This document shows, piece by piece, positions 8,742 to 18,414 of a stretch of 64,000 nucleotides of DNA (position 1 is the stretch's first letter; each line of letters opens with the position of its first letter). A program made the translations under genes and the position numbers. The DNA comes from a virus (taxonomy: Duplodnaviria; Heunggongvirae; Uroviricota; Caudoviricetes): IMG/VR virus record IMGVR_UViG_3300026549_001031. The stretch is one strand, 5' to 3'. The notes below the pieces were generated by a model. That model saw only the letters and a list, made by a program, of their open reading frames with translations, had not been told where the DNA came from and ran no database searches.

Positions 8742-10523
8742 ATGACAGAACAGCAGGAGTTGAAAAACAAGCCGCAGAGAAAAAGAAAGAAAATAGCAAA
8801 TCCGAGTAAGGTTATGATAGTGATTATACTTATTGCTTATTTGGTATTTTCATTAACAAGTGCTTATATGAGCACTAGACCAGTAGATGGGGCAATTAGT
8901 TACAATGAATTACTTAAGAAATTACAAAGTGGAGACATTGAAAAAGTTAAGATCACTAAAGACGAGACCTCGGGAGTAGCAATTACAAAAGAAGGCAAGC
9001 AGTTAAGTTTTGTGAATCCTGGCAGTGATGATTTTGTAGAGACACTTATGAAAAATGGTGCTAGCATTGAAATTACAAAGAAAACAATGTTTAGTGCAGT
9101 AATGAATGTGGTAGCAACATTACCTATGATTATTTTAACAGCAATGTTAGCTTTATACATTGCAAGTACAATTGTTGGTGGTAACACTAAGAAGTTTACA
9201 CTGCTTAGGGATAAAAATAATGTAACAACCTTTGATGATATAAGAGGCATTACAGAAACAAAGGAAGAGGTCAAGTATTTAGTTGAGACAATCACTGATT
9301 GGCAAAAAGTTGCAGGGGCTGGAGCAAGAACAGTCAATGGTATTATGTTTTATGGACCTGCTGGAACAGGTAAGACATTGTTAGCAAAAGCGATTGCAAA
9401 GGAGGCAAAAGTTCCTTTCATTAGTGCTTGTGGTTCAGACTTCAATGAAATGTTTGTAGGTGTTGGGGCAGCTAGAGTAAGAGCATTGTGGGAATTAGCT
9501 GAGGCAAATGCACCTTGTATTATATTCATTGATGAAATTGATAGTTTAGGAAGTAAGCGTGGGAGTGGTGAGACACTTGGCATGAAAGATTCATCTAATA
9601 CAGTAAATGCTTTGTTACAGAAAATGGATGGATTGAATAAGACACCTGGAGTAATGGTGATTGCAGCTACTAACAGACTGGATGATTTAGATCCTGCATT
9701 GTTAAGATCTGGTAGGTTTGATAGAAAATTCTATGTTGGACCTCCAACAAATAAGAAAGACAGAGATGATATTGTTGAACTCTATTTGAAAGACAAGAGA
9801 TTAGAAGAGGGTGTGACAGTAGAGAAAATCAGTAAACTTTTGGTAGGTTTAACTGCTGCAGATATTGAAGAGGCTTTAAGCGATGCAGTTATGATTTCAT
9901 TCATGGATAAAAGAGATGGGGTGCTTAAGTACAGTGATGTAGACGAGGCAGTAATGAGATTAGCAACTAAGGGAGTTAAGAAAGAGCATTCATCTAAAAG
10001 AGATATTGAGATCAGTGCAATACATGAGGCTGGACATGCAGTCATGGGTTTATTGAATGGAACACCTATTGCAAAAGTAAGTGTTATAGCTTACACAGGA
10101 GGTATGGGTGGTGTTACAGTACCTGATCAAGATATCTTAGGGGATAATCAGTTAAAATTTGAGTCTGAATACATTGATGAAATCAAGATGTTACTTGCAG
10201 GAGAGGTTGCTGAAACATTGAAATATGGGCAGCATACACAGGGTTGTAGTTCAGACATTGCAGAGGCAACGGGGTTAGTTAGCAGAATGTACAGTGGTTG
10301 TGCATTTGGGGATCATATGGTTTCAGTTAATAAACTTGTCAATACTGGATTGGAACATTCATTTGATACAGATGCCATAAGAGTTTGTGATGAAATGCTT
10401 CTTGAATATGAGAAAGAGGTTAAGACAAGTTTAAGTGATAACTTTGATAAAGTAGAGAGACTTGCTGAAATGTTAATAAAAGAAAAAACAGTAGTCGATC
10501 CTACATTGGAAATGTTAAGTTAG
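8742..10523 (+). CDS. ftsH: FtsH-family ATP-dependent zinc metalloprotease (AAA+ ATPase + M41 peptidase), two N-terminal TM helices
   Basis: Walker A GPAGTGKTLLAKAIAKEAKVPF, Walker B CIIFIDEIDS, second region of homology AATNRLDDLDPALLRSGRFDRKF, zinc-binding HEAGHAVM; close match to canonical FtsH blocks; TM helices at about aa 25-45 and 120-145. Confidence 0.9.
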   Translation: MTEQQELKNKPQRKRKKIANPSKVMIVIILIAYLVFSLTSAYMSTRPVDGAISYNELLKKLQSGDIEKVKITKDETSGVAITKEGKQLSFVNPGSDDFVETLMKNGASIEITKKTMFSAVMNVVATLPMIILTAMLALYIASTIVGGNTKKFTLLRDKNNVTTFDDIRGITETKEEVKYLVETITDWQKVAGAGARTVNGIMFYGPAGTGKTLLAKAIAKEAKVPFISACGSDFNEMFVGVGAARVRALWELAEANAPCIIFIDEIDSLGSKRGSGETLGMKDSSNTVNALLQKMDGLNKTPGVMVIAATNRLDDLDPALLRSGRFDRKFYVGPPTNKKDRDDIVELYLKDKRLEEGVTVEKISKLLVGLTAADIEEALSDAVMISFMDKRDGVLKYSDVDEAVMRLATKGVKKEHSSKRDIEISAIHEAGHAVMGLLNGTPIAKVSVIAYTGGMGGVTVPDQDILGDNQLKFESEYIDEIKMLLAGEVAETLKYGQHTQGCSSDIAEATGLVSRMYSGCAFGDHMVSVNKLVNTGLEHSFDTDAIRVCDEMLLEYEKEVKTSLSDNFDKVERLAEMLIKEKTVVDPTLEMLS

Positions 10524-10547
10524 TAAATTTGATAGGAGGATAAGACA

Positions 10548-10751
10548 ATGGGAACAATTGGAACATCAGAGATTATTAGTATTGCACTTTTATTTGTTGG
10601 TTTAATTTCATTGATTATTGGAATTATTACATCTAAAAGAAAAGACAGTGCAGAGGCTGAAATAAGCAGAGACATTTTCAGGTCTAAAGGAGCTGTAATT
10701 GGAATTATTATTCTACTTGTACTGGTTGTAAAGACAATCTTGAAATTGTAG
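10548..10751 (+). CDS. small membrane protein (67 aa, two hydrophobic helices)
   Basis: ORF with GGAGGATAAGACA RBS; IISIALLFVGLISLIIGII and VIGIIILLVLVV segments. Confidence 0.5.
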   Translation: MGTIGTSEIISIALLFVGLISLIIGIITSKRKDSAEAEISRDIFRSKGAVIGIIILLVLVVKTILKL

Positions 10752-10782
10752 TTAGAACAGTAAGAATAGAGAGGATAGTTAA

Positions 10783-11394
10783 ATGGAAGTTAGTGAGGCA
10801 TTAGAAATGTTTAATGTCAGTGATATAACAAAAGAAAGCTCTGGGTCACTTAAGAAAAAATATAAGAGACTCATGATTAAATATCACCCTGACAATAGAA
10901 ATGGAGACTCTAGCAAAGCAGTTTTAGTATCTGATGCATATAAAGAACTGAAAGACTTGTTGGAAGTGATTGAAAGCTACGCTAAAAAGAAGCAGATACT
11001 TGATAGCATGGAAGCGACACTTGAGACAATAATTATTACATCAGATCAGCTGGATAAGGTATTGTCAGGTAAGACAGTAAGGATTGGAAATAAAAACATT
11101 GACAAAAGTGAACTTAAACATTACAGAGTAGTTGTAAGCAGTAAGGTATTTGTAACTGTCAATGGTTACAAAATGGAATACATTAAAAGTGAGATAGAGA
11201 ATTACCAGAATACATATGAGGTTTATTGTGAGGTCTTTGTTGATTCACTAAAAGACAGTGTGCCAATTACAATAGAGGCATTCGATAAAAAGGTGGAAAC
11301 CACATTAGACACTATGTCAATGGAGGTTACATTGAAATCACCTGGAGGGGTAAGAATTAAAACAACAATAATTAAAAAATTGGGAGCAGAGTAA
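10783..11394 (+). CDS. J-domain (DnaJ-like) co-chaperone protein, J-domain only
   Basis: N-terminal J-domain with KYKRLMIKYHPDN (HPD motif) and AYKELKD helix IV pattern; no Gly/Phe or zinc-finger regions. Confidence 0.8.
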   Translation: MEVSEALEMFNVSDITKESSGSLKKKYKRLMIKYHPDNRNGDSSKAVLVSDAYKELKDLLEVIESYAKKKQILDSMEATLETIIITSDQLDKVLSGKTVRIGNKNIDKSELKHYRVVVSSKVFVTVNGYKMEYIKSEIENYQNTYEVYCEVFVDSLKDSVPITIEAFDKKVETTLDTMSMEVTLKSPGGVRIKTTIIKKLGAE

Positions 11395-11981
11395 TGAGTA
11401 AGAATGAGCTTAAGGTCTTAATTATAAGGCTTAGAGATAGTGGTTGTAGCTATGGGGAAATTTCAAATGTACTAAAGAGTGAGTATGGAATAGAAATGTC
11501 AAGACAGTCTGTTTGTGGAATGTACACAAGGTCAGTAAGCAAGGGCAAAGAAAAAGAAGTAAACAGGCTTGATGTTGTAATGTATTCTGTACTTGGTTAT
11601 TCACCTTTAGACATTAGAGAAATACTGAAAGACAATACCGAGTATAGTTTGTCAGCAATGGATATTAAAGACATCATAGCTGAATCACGAGAACTCATTA
11701 AAGAAAATAGGGATAGAAAAGTTAGAACATTGGCAAGGGCATTGTATGATGGAACTGACAACGCTGGTGTAAATAATATACTTTCTTATAATAATAGGGT
11801 TGCAAAGAAAGATGAATACAGACAGTTATTGTGTGATGCAACAGAGATAATTATGAGAGAACTTGCAGCTACAACATATGCTCAATTGTTTAAGGCAACA
11901 GGTAACAGAGACATAGTTAAGAGGGCTATGACTCAGGTAGGTTTAGAGGTATCATTCAGAGAAATAGGTAAGCAAGCATAA
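11394..11981 (+). CDS. putative helix-turn-helix DNA-binding protein
   Basis: N-terminal LKVLIIRLRDSGCSYGEISNVLKSEYGIEMSRQSV resembles resolvase/sigma-70 region-4 type HTH; start overlaps upstream stop (TAATG). Confidence 0.45.
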   Translation: MSKNELKVLIIRLRDSGCSYGEISNVLKSEYGIEMSRQSVCGMYTRSVSKGKEKEVNRLDVVMYSVLGYSPLDIREILKDNTEYSLSAMDIKDIIAESRELIKENRDRKVRTLARALYDGTDNAGVNNILSYNNRVAKKDEYRQLLCDATEIIMRELAATTYAQLFKATGNRDIVKRAMTQVGLEVSFREIGKQA

Positions 11982-12001
11982 ATAATAGGAGGCTTATTAC
12001 A

Positions 12002-12382
12002 ATGAAAATAGAGAATAACCGAGGGAAAAAAGAAAGTAATTCAAATAGTTTAGGTGTAATTGCAATGATTATTTCAGGAGTTGCACTGGTTTGTTGTTTA
12101 TATAACACAGTATTGGCTTTTATACTTTCAATCATCGCAATTGCAATCCTAAATTCTAGAGTGCAGGAAATAGGAGAGGGTATACAGAAGAAAAACGTTT
12201 ATGTAACACTTGCTTATGCAGTAAGCATTGGAGTATTGTTAGTATGCTCAGCATTTATTTTAATTAACCTTATTGAAGTAGTTAAGTCGTTGATTTATCA
12301 TGAATCAGCAGGGAGATATATTGAGAACATGTGTGGTAGAATCAAATTTGATCTGAACACACCTATGAAAAGTACAAAATAG
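12002..12382 (+). CDS. small membrane protein (126 aa, 3 TM)
   Basis: AGGAGG RBS; hydrophobic helices LGVIAMIISGVALVCCLY, AFILSIIAIAIL, VSIGVLLVCSAFILINL. Confidence 0.5.
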   Translation: MKIENNRGKKESNSNSLGVIAMIISGVALVCCLYNTVLAFILSIIAIAILNSRVQEIGEGIQKKNVYVTLAYAVSIGVLLVCSAFILINLIEVVKSLIYHESAGRYIENMCGRIKFDLNTPMKSTK

Positions 12383-12389
12383 CATTGGT

Positions 12390-12418
12390 TTGACTTTTAT
12401 GTTCATATATGATATAAT
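12390..12418 (+). promoter_or_regulatory. sigma-A type promoter TTGACT-N17-TGaTATAAT
   Basis: TTGACT 12390-12395, 17-nt spacer, TGATATAAT 12410-12418, upstream of 12450 gene. Confidence 0.55.
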
Positions 12419-12449
12419 AGGGGTAATGATAGTAGATTGGAGATAAAAT

Positions 12450-13274
12450 ATGGGTATTGTGATTGATAGAGATGTAAATGATGAGGTAGGCATTTCTGTT
12501 ATGATGTTACTTGACGAAGAAAAGAATGGGTACCTTGTAACTGGTAGTAGGTATGATTTATTATTGGCTTTGAGACATACAAAAGAGTTCAGGACAATAA
12601 TCAAGGAATACAGAGACAACCTTGAGTCTTTGATTAATCTCATGCATGAGATTATGGACAAGGAGAGAAACAGTACATACATTCCTGACATACATGGAAT
12701 CATTGAAAGAGTTGAGAACTTACCTCATGAATGGAGTGACCGTCTTGTTCATTCTTTAAGATACTCATGTGATGATATGTTAACTCTTATGACAGAAACA
12801 AACAACGTTAAGGAAGTAGAATTTCTTACAGATACAAATGAGGCAGGACATACACTTGATAACTTGGACTTCAGTAAAGCAAGTGATGATACACTTGGAA
12901 TATTAAGTGTTTGTTTATTGGTTACATTACAGTCTATCATTGTTGCAATGTATAGTCTTTACAGAGTTTATAAGTGTACAGATGAGGAAATAGCAAATCT
13001 TCCTGTAGTGGTAGATGTACTTGATGATACAATACCTGATTTAGGTGAGGCAGTGAGTAATGATAAAGGAGAGGCATATGCAACAATTGCATTTGATTCA
13101 ATGATATTGCCTAATACATTATTAAGTTTAGCATCTGAAAAGATAGCAATGGATATGAGAGAGGATAATGTAAAAGCACCTAGTAATTCACCTGAAGTAA
13201 TGAAATACTCATTATATGTAAATTGTATCATTGAGCCTTATTTGAAATACGGGGAAGATTGGGAGGACAACTAA
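12450..13274 (+). CDS. hypothetical protein (274 aa)
   Basis: ORF behind promoter and RBS GGAGATAAAAT. Confidence 0.55.
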   Translation: MGIVIDRDVNDEVGISVMMLLDEEKNGYLVTGSRYDLLLALRHTKEFRTIIKEYRDNLESLINLMHEIMDKERNSTYIPDIHGIIERVENLPHEWSDRLVHSLRYSCDDMLTLMTETNNVKEVEFLTDTNEAGHTLDNLDFSKASDDTLGILSVCLLVTLQSIIVAMYSLYRVYKCTDEEIANLPVVVDVLDDTIPDLGEAVSNDKGEAYATIAFDSMILPNTLLSLASEKIAMDMREDNVKAPSNSPEVMKYSLYVNCIIEPYLKYGEDWEDN

Positions 13275-13275
13275 A

Positions 13276-13899
13276 ATGGAAAATGTAATGCAGGAAGTTA
13301 CAGAGTCAAACTTTGACGATTTTACATATGACGTAGGACCTGGAAATTATATCATTATTACAAATAGTGATAACACGGATAGAGTAGTGCAGGCAATGTT
13401 TAGTACAGAGGAACTTTTCTTAAAGGGATTAAGAGCAATGGAAAGTACACCTGACATTATTGCAACATTGGCTGAAATTGCAAATGATGAACTTAACGAT
13501 ATAAAAGACACAATTAAAGGATATGGAAGCATTGATAATTGGGTTGCTGCAGATGGAATAGATCAGGTAGAATATGATACAGAAGTCTTCTTACAGACAT
13601 ATTTCACTATTGCAATGCTAACAAATACAATGTATTATGATAATATCATTGTCAAAATGCTTAGCAAAATGAAAAACGAGCACGGTGATTGGTATTATAG
13701 CATTGATATAGATTCAAAGCTTGATCCTGAGGAATGGGAATATTCACTTGTGGCTAATGCAGTATTCAATCATGACTGTTTGTTACAGTCAGTTCCAAAC
13801 AGAGAACATCTGACAAAACAGTTTGTCATAAAAAGTTTAATCACTAAGGCAATCGATGGTATTGAGAGTTTAAAAAGAGTATCAGAGGCAGAGGCATAG
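13276..13899 (+). CDS. hypothetical protein (207 aa)
   Basis: ORF starting 2 nt after upstream stop. Confidence 0.55.
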   Translation: MENVMQEVTESNFDDFTYDVGPGNYIIITNSDNTDRVVQAMFSTEELFLKGLRAMESTPDIIATLAEIANDELNDIKDTIKGYGSIDNWVAADGIDQVEYDTEVFLQTYFTIAMLTNTMYYDNIIVKMLSKMKNEHGDWYYSIDIDSKLDPEEWEYSLVANAVFNHDCLLQSVPNREHLTKQFVIKSLITKAIDGIESLKRVSEAEA

Positions 13900-13920
13900 G
13901 ACATGTAGGACATAGGAAAA

Positions 13921-14496
13921 ATGAGCGCAGCATATATACATTTGGATGTTGGACATTACAACTTAATAAATGTTAGCATAGAGATGAACGAAGCAGACGC
14001 ATTTATGAAAGAATTTACACATGCTTGTAATTATGCAGACATATTGGCAGATGCAATTAGCTCCTTACAAAGTATATATCACAAGTATGGGGTAATGCAT
14101 AGCTTCAATAATATAGAGAAAGACATTGAGAGATTTATCAAACTCGAAAGTGATGATGAAGAGTTCATTACATATGGTGCATATTTAAAAAACAGAGACA
14201 GCTCAGCTTTCAGATATGACTTGGATTTAGCTCACTATCATGATTTATGTAAAATGCTTTTTGAATATCAGAGAGTTGCAGTACTAAAATATAAATCAGA
14301 CTTAGGTAAAATTGGAGCGGCAGAGGTTTATAATTCAAGTTATTGCAAGTTAAACTTTGGAAAAGTAAAGGTACCCTTTGATTGTTGGAACAGGGCAATA
14401 AGAAATGAGTTAGGTTTGCAAAGTATTGGGGTGGATGCAAGAATAAAAGTAGTGAGATACATAGTTAACTTGATAATATCAGAGATAGATAAATGA
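13921..14496 (+). CDS. hypothetical protein (191 aa)
   Basis: ORF with GGACATAGGAAAA RBS-like sequence. Confidence 0.55.
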   Translation: MSAAYIHLDVGHYNLINVSIEMNEADAFMKEFTHACNYADILADAISSLQSIYHKYGVMHSFNNIEKDIERFIKLESDDEEFITYGAYLKNRDSSAFRYDLDLAHYHDLCKMLFEYQRVAVLKYKSDLGKIGAAEVYNSSYCKLNFGKVKVPFDCWNRAIRNELGLQSIGVDARIKVVRYIVNLIISEIDK

Positions 14497-14511
14497 GAGG
14501 ACATAATAAAA

Positions 14512-14868
14512 ATGAAATCAGACAGGGAAAAATTACAGGAGCACTTAAATAGAACAGATGGATCATTTGAGAATATAGTGTTATCATATATGATTAAAAA
14601 TCAGCAGGACTTTGATACAGAGAGAACACTTGAGTTTATTGAAATGATCAACAAAAATATGCTCAAGCATCTTATTAAGAGAGATGCAAGGGCAGTGAGA
14701 GTGGCTAAGGAGCGTGCAGGATATCTCGAGACGTATTTAGAAGGTAATATGTACACTACTAAAGAGGCAGAGGAAATTAACAAACCTGCACAGATAAATA
14801 ATGCTAAAGCAATATTAAATGCTTGTGATGGCAAAGATGAAGATGGAAATACAGTTGGTAGTTTGTGA
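14512..14868 (+). CDS. hypothetical protein (118 aa)
   Basis: ORF with GAGAGGACAT RBS; same frame as upstream gene, separated by TGA + 5 codons. Confidence 0.5.
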   Translation: MKSDREKLQEHLNRTDGSFENIVLSYMIKNQQDFDTERTLEFIEMINKNMLKHLIKRDARAVRVAKERAGYLETYLEGNMYTTKEAEEINKPAQINNAKAILNACDGKDEDGNTVGSL

Positions 14869-14879
14869 GGTGCAGAATA

Positions 14880-15761
14880 ATGAAATTTGAAGTCATTATA
14901 GGAAATCCTCCTTATCAAAATAAAAACAAAAGTATTTATCAGAATTTTATTGATTTAGCACTGCAGTTAAGTAACAGACATGTGGTAATTATATCAAAAG
15001 ACAATTGGTTAGTTGGAGATACACTTCAGAATGTAAGAAACCACATTGTAGAGAACGGGTTAGTTTACATACATGACTTTCCTATTAGAAAAGAGATCTT
15101 TAAGGATGCAAATGTTGCAGTGGCAATACTGCATGTAGACAATTATAAAAATAACGATACACATGAGTTTATTTATGAGTGTACTCAGAATGGAGAAACT
15201 AGAAAGAATTTAATAAGACCAATACTTACAAAAGACGGGTATGATATCATTTCAAATGAAGACGAGTACAGTATAGTAAGCAAGGTTACAAGTCATAGAG
15301 ATTTTGAATCATGGAATTTAACAAGAAACATAAGAATTTGGAGTGTGGCAAGTAATGGAAATTACATGCTTACAGACCGAACAGTAGATATTATAAAATA
15401 CACAGATAATAAAGAAAAAGACAGTGACATTAAGGTAATATTCATGAATAGTAAACATGACAGCTATTGTAAATATACAAATGCATTACCTAAAGGAAGA
15501 GATGGCGTTGATGAATATAAAGTTGTCTGTGGAAGTAAGGTGGGTAAGACAGGACAGGTAATAACATCACTATTGATGGTGAGACCTGGTGAAATAGTTA
15601 CTAACTCATATTCAATTATTGCTATAGTACATACAGAATATGAGGCAAATGCAGTGTATAAGTATGTACAGACAAGGTTGTTTAGAGAGTTGGTACATAT
15701 TGGAATTTCAGGAGACAGAGTTTCATTCAGTTACAGCTGTTCAAAATATGTACCTATGTAG
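14880..15761 (+). CDS. divergent 'headless' gamma-class N6-adenine DNA methyltransferase paralog (begins at motif IV NPPY, no SAM-binding motifs X/I)
   Basis: ATG 14880 gives MKFEVIIGNPPY, matching N-termini of paralogs at 18885 and 44097; C-terminal KYVP resembles FRFVP/TaqI RDFVP; track start 14865 is GTG without RBS. Confidence 0.6.
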   Translation: MKFEVIIGNPPYQNKNKSIYQNFIDLALQLSNRHVVIISKDNWLVGDTLQNVRNHIVENGLVYIHDFPIRKEIFKDANVAVAILHVDNYKNNDTHEFIYECTQNGETRKNLIRPILTKDGYDIISNEDEYSIVSKVTSHRDFESWNLTRNIRIWSVASNGNYMLTDRTVDIIKYTDNKEKDSDIKVIFMNSKHDSYCKYTNALPKGRDGVDEYKVVCGSKVGKTGQVITSLLMVRPGEIVTNSYSIIAIVHTEYEANAVYKYVQTRLFRELVHIGISGDRVSFSYSCSKYVPM

Positions 15762-16102
15762 GACTTCACCGAAAATAGTGATATAGATTGGAATAAGAGC
15801 ATAGAGGAAATAGCATGATATGCTTAGCAAGAAATATGGTTTAACAGAGGATGAGGAGAGATACATAGCTAATAAAATAGTAAGCATATAGAAATATGGG
15901 GTTAGCATAGCAGATATAAGATGTTTAGCGCGGGCTGGACAATATGTTTTATAATTTTGCGAGCAGAAAACCCCGATGCTTTAGCATCGGGGATGAATGC
16001 CGCCAGTAGTGTTTGACCCGTATTATGGTTGTACAGTAAAAAGTACAGATTTCAGTAATGCATTAGCCCAGATACTTCTATACTATGTAGGAGGTATTTG
16101 AG

Positions 16103-16516
16103 ATGGCTAATACATATAAGTCAGGCTCTCACAGCAGGTATTTGTTGCAGTATCATCTGATATTCATATGCAAGTACAGAAGAAAACTTTTGGTATATCC
16201 ATCAGTAATTGCAGATATTAAGTCTTTGTCGAGAGAGATATGTAGTCGGCATAATGTTGTCATACACTATATGGAATCCGATAAAGACCATATTCATTAT
16301 ATGATTGAGACGATGCCCAATATTAACCTTGCAGATTTTGTAAAGACCATGAAGTCATATACAACATATCATATATGGCAGAAATATCCTCAGTATCTGT
16401 CTCGGTTCTTTTGGAAAGAGCATACTTTTTGGTCAGACGGGTACTTTTTAGCCACAATAGGTAATGTAAGTCAGGAGACGCTGAAGCATTACATCATTAA
16501 TCAGGGCAAGAAATAA
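16103..16516 (+). CDS. tnpA: IS200/IS605 family Y1 (HuH) transposase TnpA
   Basis: HuH motif HIHYMIE, catalytic Tyr context WSDGYFLATIG, size 137 aa typical of TnpA. Confidence 0.9.
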   Translation: MANTYKSGSHSRYLLQYHLIFICKYRRKLLVYPSVIADIKSLSREICSRHNVVIHYMESDKDHIHYMIETMPNINLADFVKTMKSYTTYHIWQKYPQYLSRFFWKEHTFWSDGYFLATIGNVSQETLKHYIINQGKK

Positions 16517-16541
16517 GAATACATCCGTTCGAGCCTGTATC

Positions 16542-16570
16542 TTGAAAAATAATTAGCTTTAGTATATAAT
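16542..16570 (+). promoter_or_regulatory. sigma-A type promoter inside IS, TTGAAA-N17-TATAAT upstream of tnpB
   Basis: TTGAAA 16542-16547, 17-nt spacer, TATAAT 16565-16570, then AGGAGGTGA RBS and ATG 16606. Confidence 0.5.
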
Positions 16571-16605
16571 TACTATATAGTAATATGAAAAGGAGGTGAC
16601 AAAAG

Positions 16606-17873
16606 ATGTCAGAACCAATATACATAACACAAAGTAATGTCATACGGGGATTATCATCAAAACAGTATCAGGCACTCCGTGAGATGTGCCAGTATTCCAA
16701 TAACCTTTATAATGTTGCTCTTTACAATATCAGACAGTATTTTTTTAGTCAGAACTTGTTTCTGGCTTACGAAAGCAACTACCATGAGTGCAAAACTAAC
16801 GAGAACTATGGTCTTTTACAGGCAGGGGTAGCCCAGCAGACGCTTAAAGTTGCAGATAGAAGTTTTAAGTCGTTTTTTGCTCTGCTCAAAAAATGTGGTA
16901 CAAGTGATTACCGCTATCATGATGTAAAGATACCCCATTACCGTAAGAAGGGTGGGTATTTTAATATTATCTGTTCAGGCAACGCGATAGCAATATCAAA
17001 CGGATATTTCAAAGTGCCGATGAGTCGTGAGTTTAGAAAGATGCATCCCGACGTAAAGGATATACTGATTCCATACCCAGAGCGTCTTAATGGCGGCGTA
17101 GTGAAGGAAGTCCGTATCATCCCTTATGATAATGCAAAGCATTTTAAGATACAGTATGTCGTGTTATGGTACAATGAGCCGAAAAATGTAAATACAGATA
17201 ATTGTATGGCAATAGACATAGGAGTAGACAATCTTACGACCTGCGTTTCCAATGTTGAGACTCCGTTCATAATAGACGGACGTAAACTAAAATCAATCAG
17301 TATTGGAACAAACGAAGGGCGAAACTTCAGTCTATTGCTATAAAGCAGGGACTCTATACCACGCATCAGATAAATGCTCTCAATCATAAACGTAACAACT
17401 GTGTCAACGATTACATTAAAAAGGCAGCACGTATCATCATAAACAACTGTCTTGAGAACCATATCGGCACTCTGTATGTCGGCTACAATAAGGACTTCAA
17501 GCGTTCAGTCAATATGGGCAAGACGAATAACCAGAATTTCGTACAGATACCATTTGGTAGACTTCGTGACCAGTTAAGTTTTCTGTGCTGGACATACGGG
17601 ATAATGTATCAGGAAGTCGAAGAGTCCTATACATCTAAGTCAAGTTTTCTGGATAATGACCCTCTGCCAGGGTATAAAGCAGAACAGTCATATAAAGGTA
17701 CGTTCAGTGGAAAACGCATCCACAGAGGGCTGTATCGTGCATTAGATGGGACTGTAATCAATGCAGACGTAAATGGGGCATATAATATAATGCGTAAAGG
17801 TAAGCAGAACTTCTGTAAGGAAGAACTGTCTAGTGGGCTATTGGAGAGCCCAGTACGGATAGCTATACAGTAA
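16606..17873 (+). pseudogene. tnpB: IS605 OrfB/TnpB (RNA-guided nuclease family) interrupted by a 1-nt frameshift near 17290-17297
   Basis: Frame 1 (16606-17343) reads ...IDGRKLKSI, then frame 0 reads NQYWNKRRAKLQSIAIKQG...IKKAARIIINNC...LYVGYNKDFK...NADVNGAYNIMRKG (canonical TnpB C-terminal RuvC-like blocks); the join needs -1 shift in AACTAAAATCAATC. Confidence 0.8.
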
Positions 17874-18109
17874 TGTACAGTGACTCACGTACAGAATCCC
17901 CTCTGCTAAAGCAGAGGGGAGTTTCAATGTGAAAAATCAGTATGGCTACTTTGAGGTCTGGCAAGTAGGCGGTCTTGTATCAGATATCAATGGTACATTG
18001 ATTGAACATTTGTACAATGTAAGAAAAGTAGCAGGCATCTTTGAATAAAAGAGGACAGCTGAAACGCATGAGCATTTATACAAGAAAAGAAAAATGGAGG
18101 ACAGATAAA

Positions 18110-18391
18110 ATGAGTGAACAGACAACAGAAAAGAAAGTAGATACAGAGGTTAAGAATACAGAGCATCCTGTTTGGAAAGTATTGGACAAGAGTAAGTTTG
18201 TTGAATCAGCATGGAGAGACATTGAGGAAATGTATGATTTCATCAAGGGCATTGTTAAAGTAACGGGTAACACTACTGTAGATGGAAATACAGTACCAAA
18301 AATGAAGGTATTCTTTGATATGTGGAACAACAATAGTAGCGAGGTCTTTTGGATTCTCAATTCACTTGTACATGACAAGGAAGAGCAGTAA
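18110..18391 (+). CDS. hypothetical protein (93 aa)
   Basis: ATG 18110 with AAATGGAGGACAG RBS; track start 18041 is TTG. Confidence 0.4.
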   Translation: MSEQTTEKKVDTEVKNTEHPVWKVLDKSKFVESAWRDIEEMYDFIKGIVKVTGNTTVDGNTVPKMKVFFDMWNNNSSEVFWILNSLVHDKEEQ

Positions 18392-18414
18392 GTAAAGAAC
18401 AGAGGACAGTTAAA

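Larger units (their letters stand above)
15950..17990 (+). mobile_element. IS200/IS605-family insertion sequence (IS605 group: tnpA + tnpB); ends approximate
   Basis: Y1 transposase + TnpB; left-end subterminal hairpin CCCCGATGC-TTTA-GCATCGGGG at 15971-15992; right-end hairpin CCCCTCTGC-TAAA-GCAGAGGGG at 17888-17909; region visibly GC-richer than flanks. Confidence 0.75.

Noticed and set aside
13921-14868. 13921 and 14512 genes share a frame, separated by TGA + 5 codons; possible readthrough fusion
   Set aside because: The 14512 gene has its own RBS (GAGAGGACAT) and an ATG. Same-frame adjacency has a 1/3 chance expectation, and there is no readthrough context evidence.
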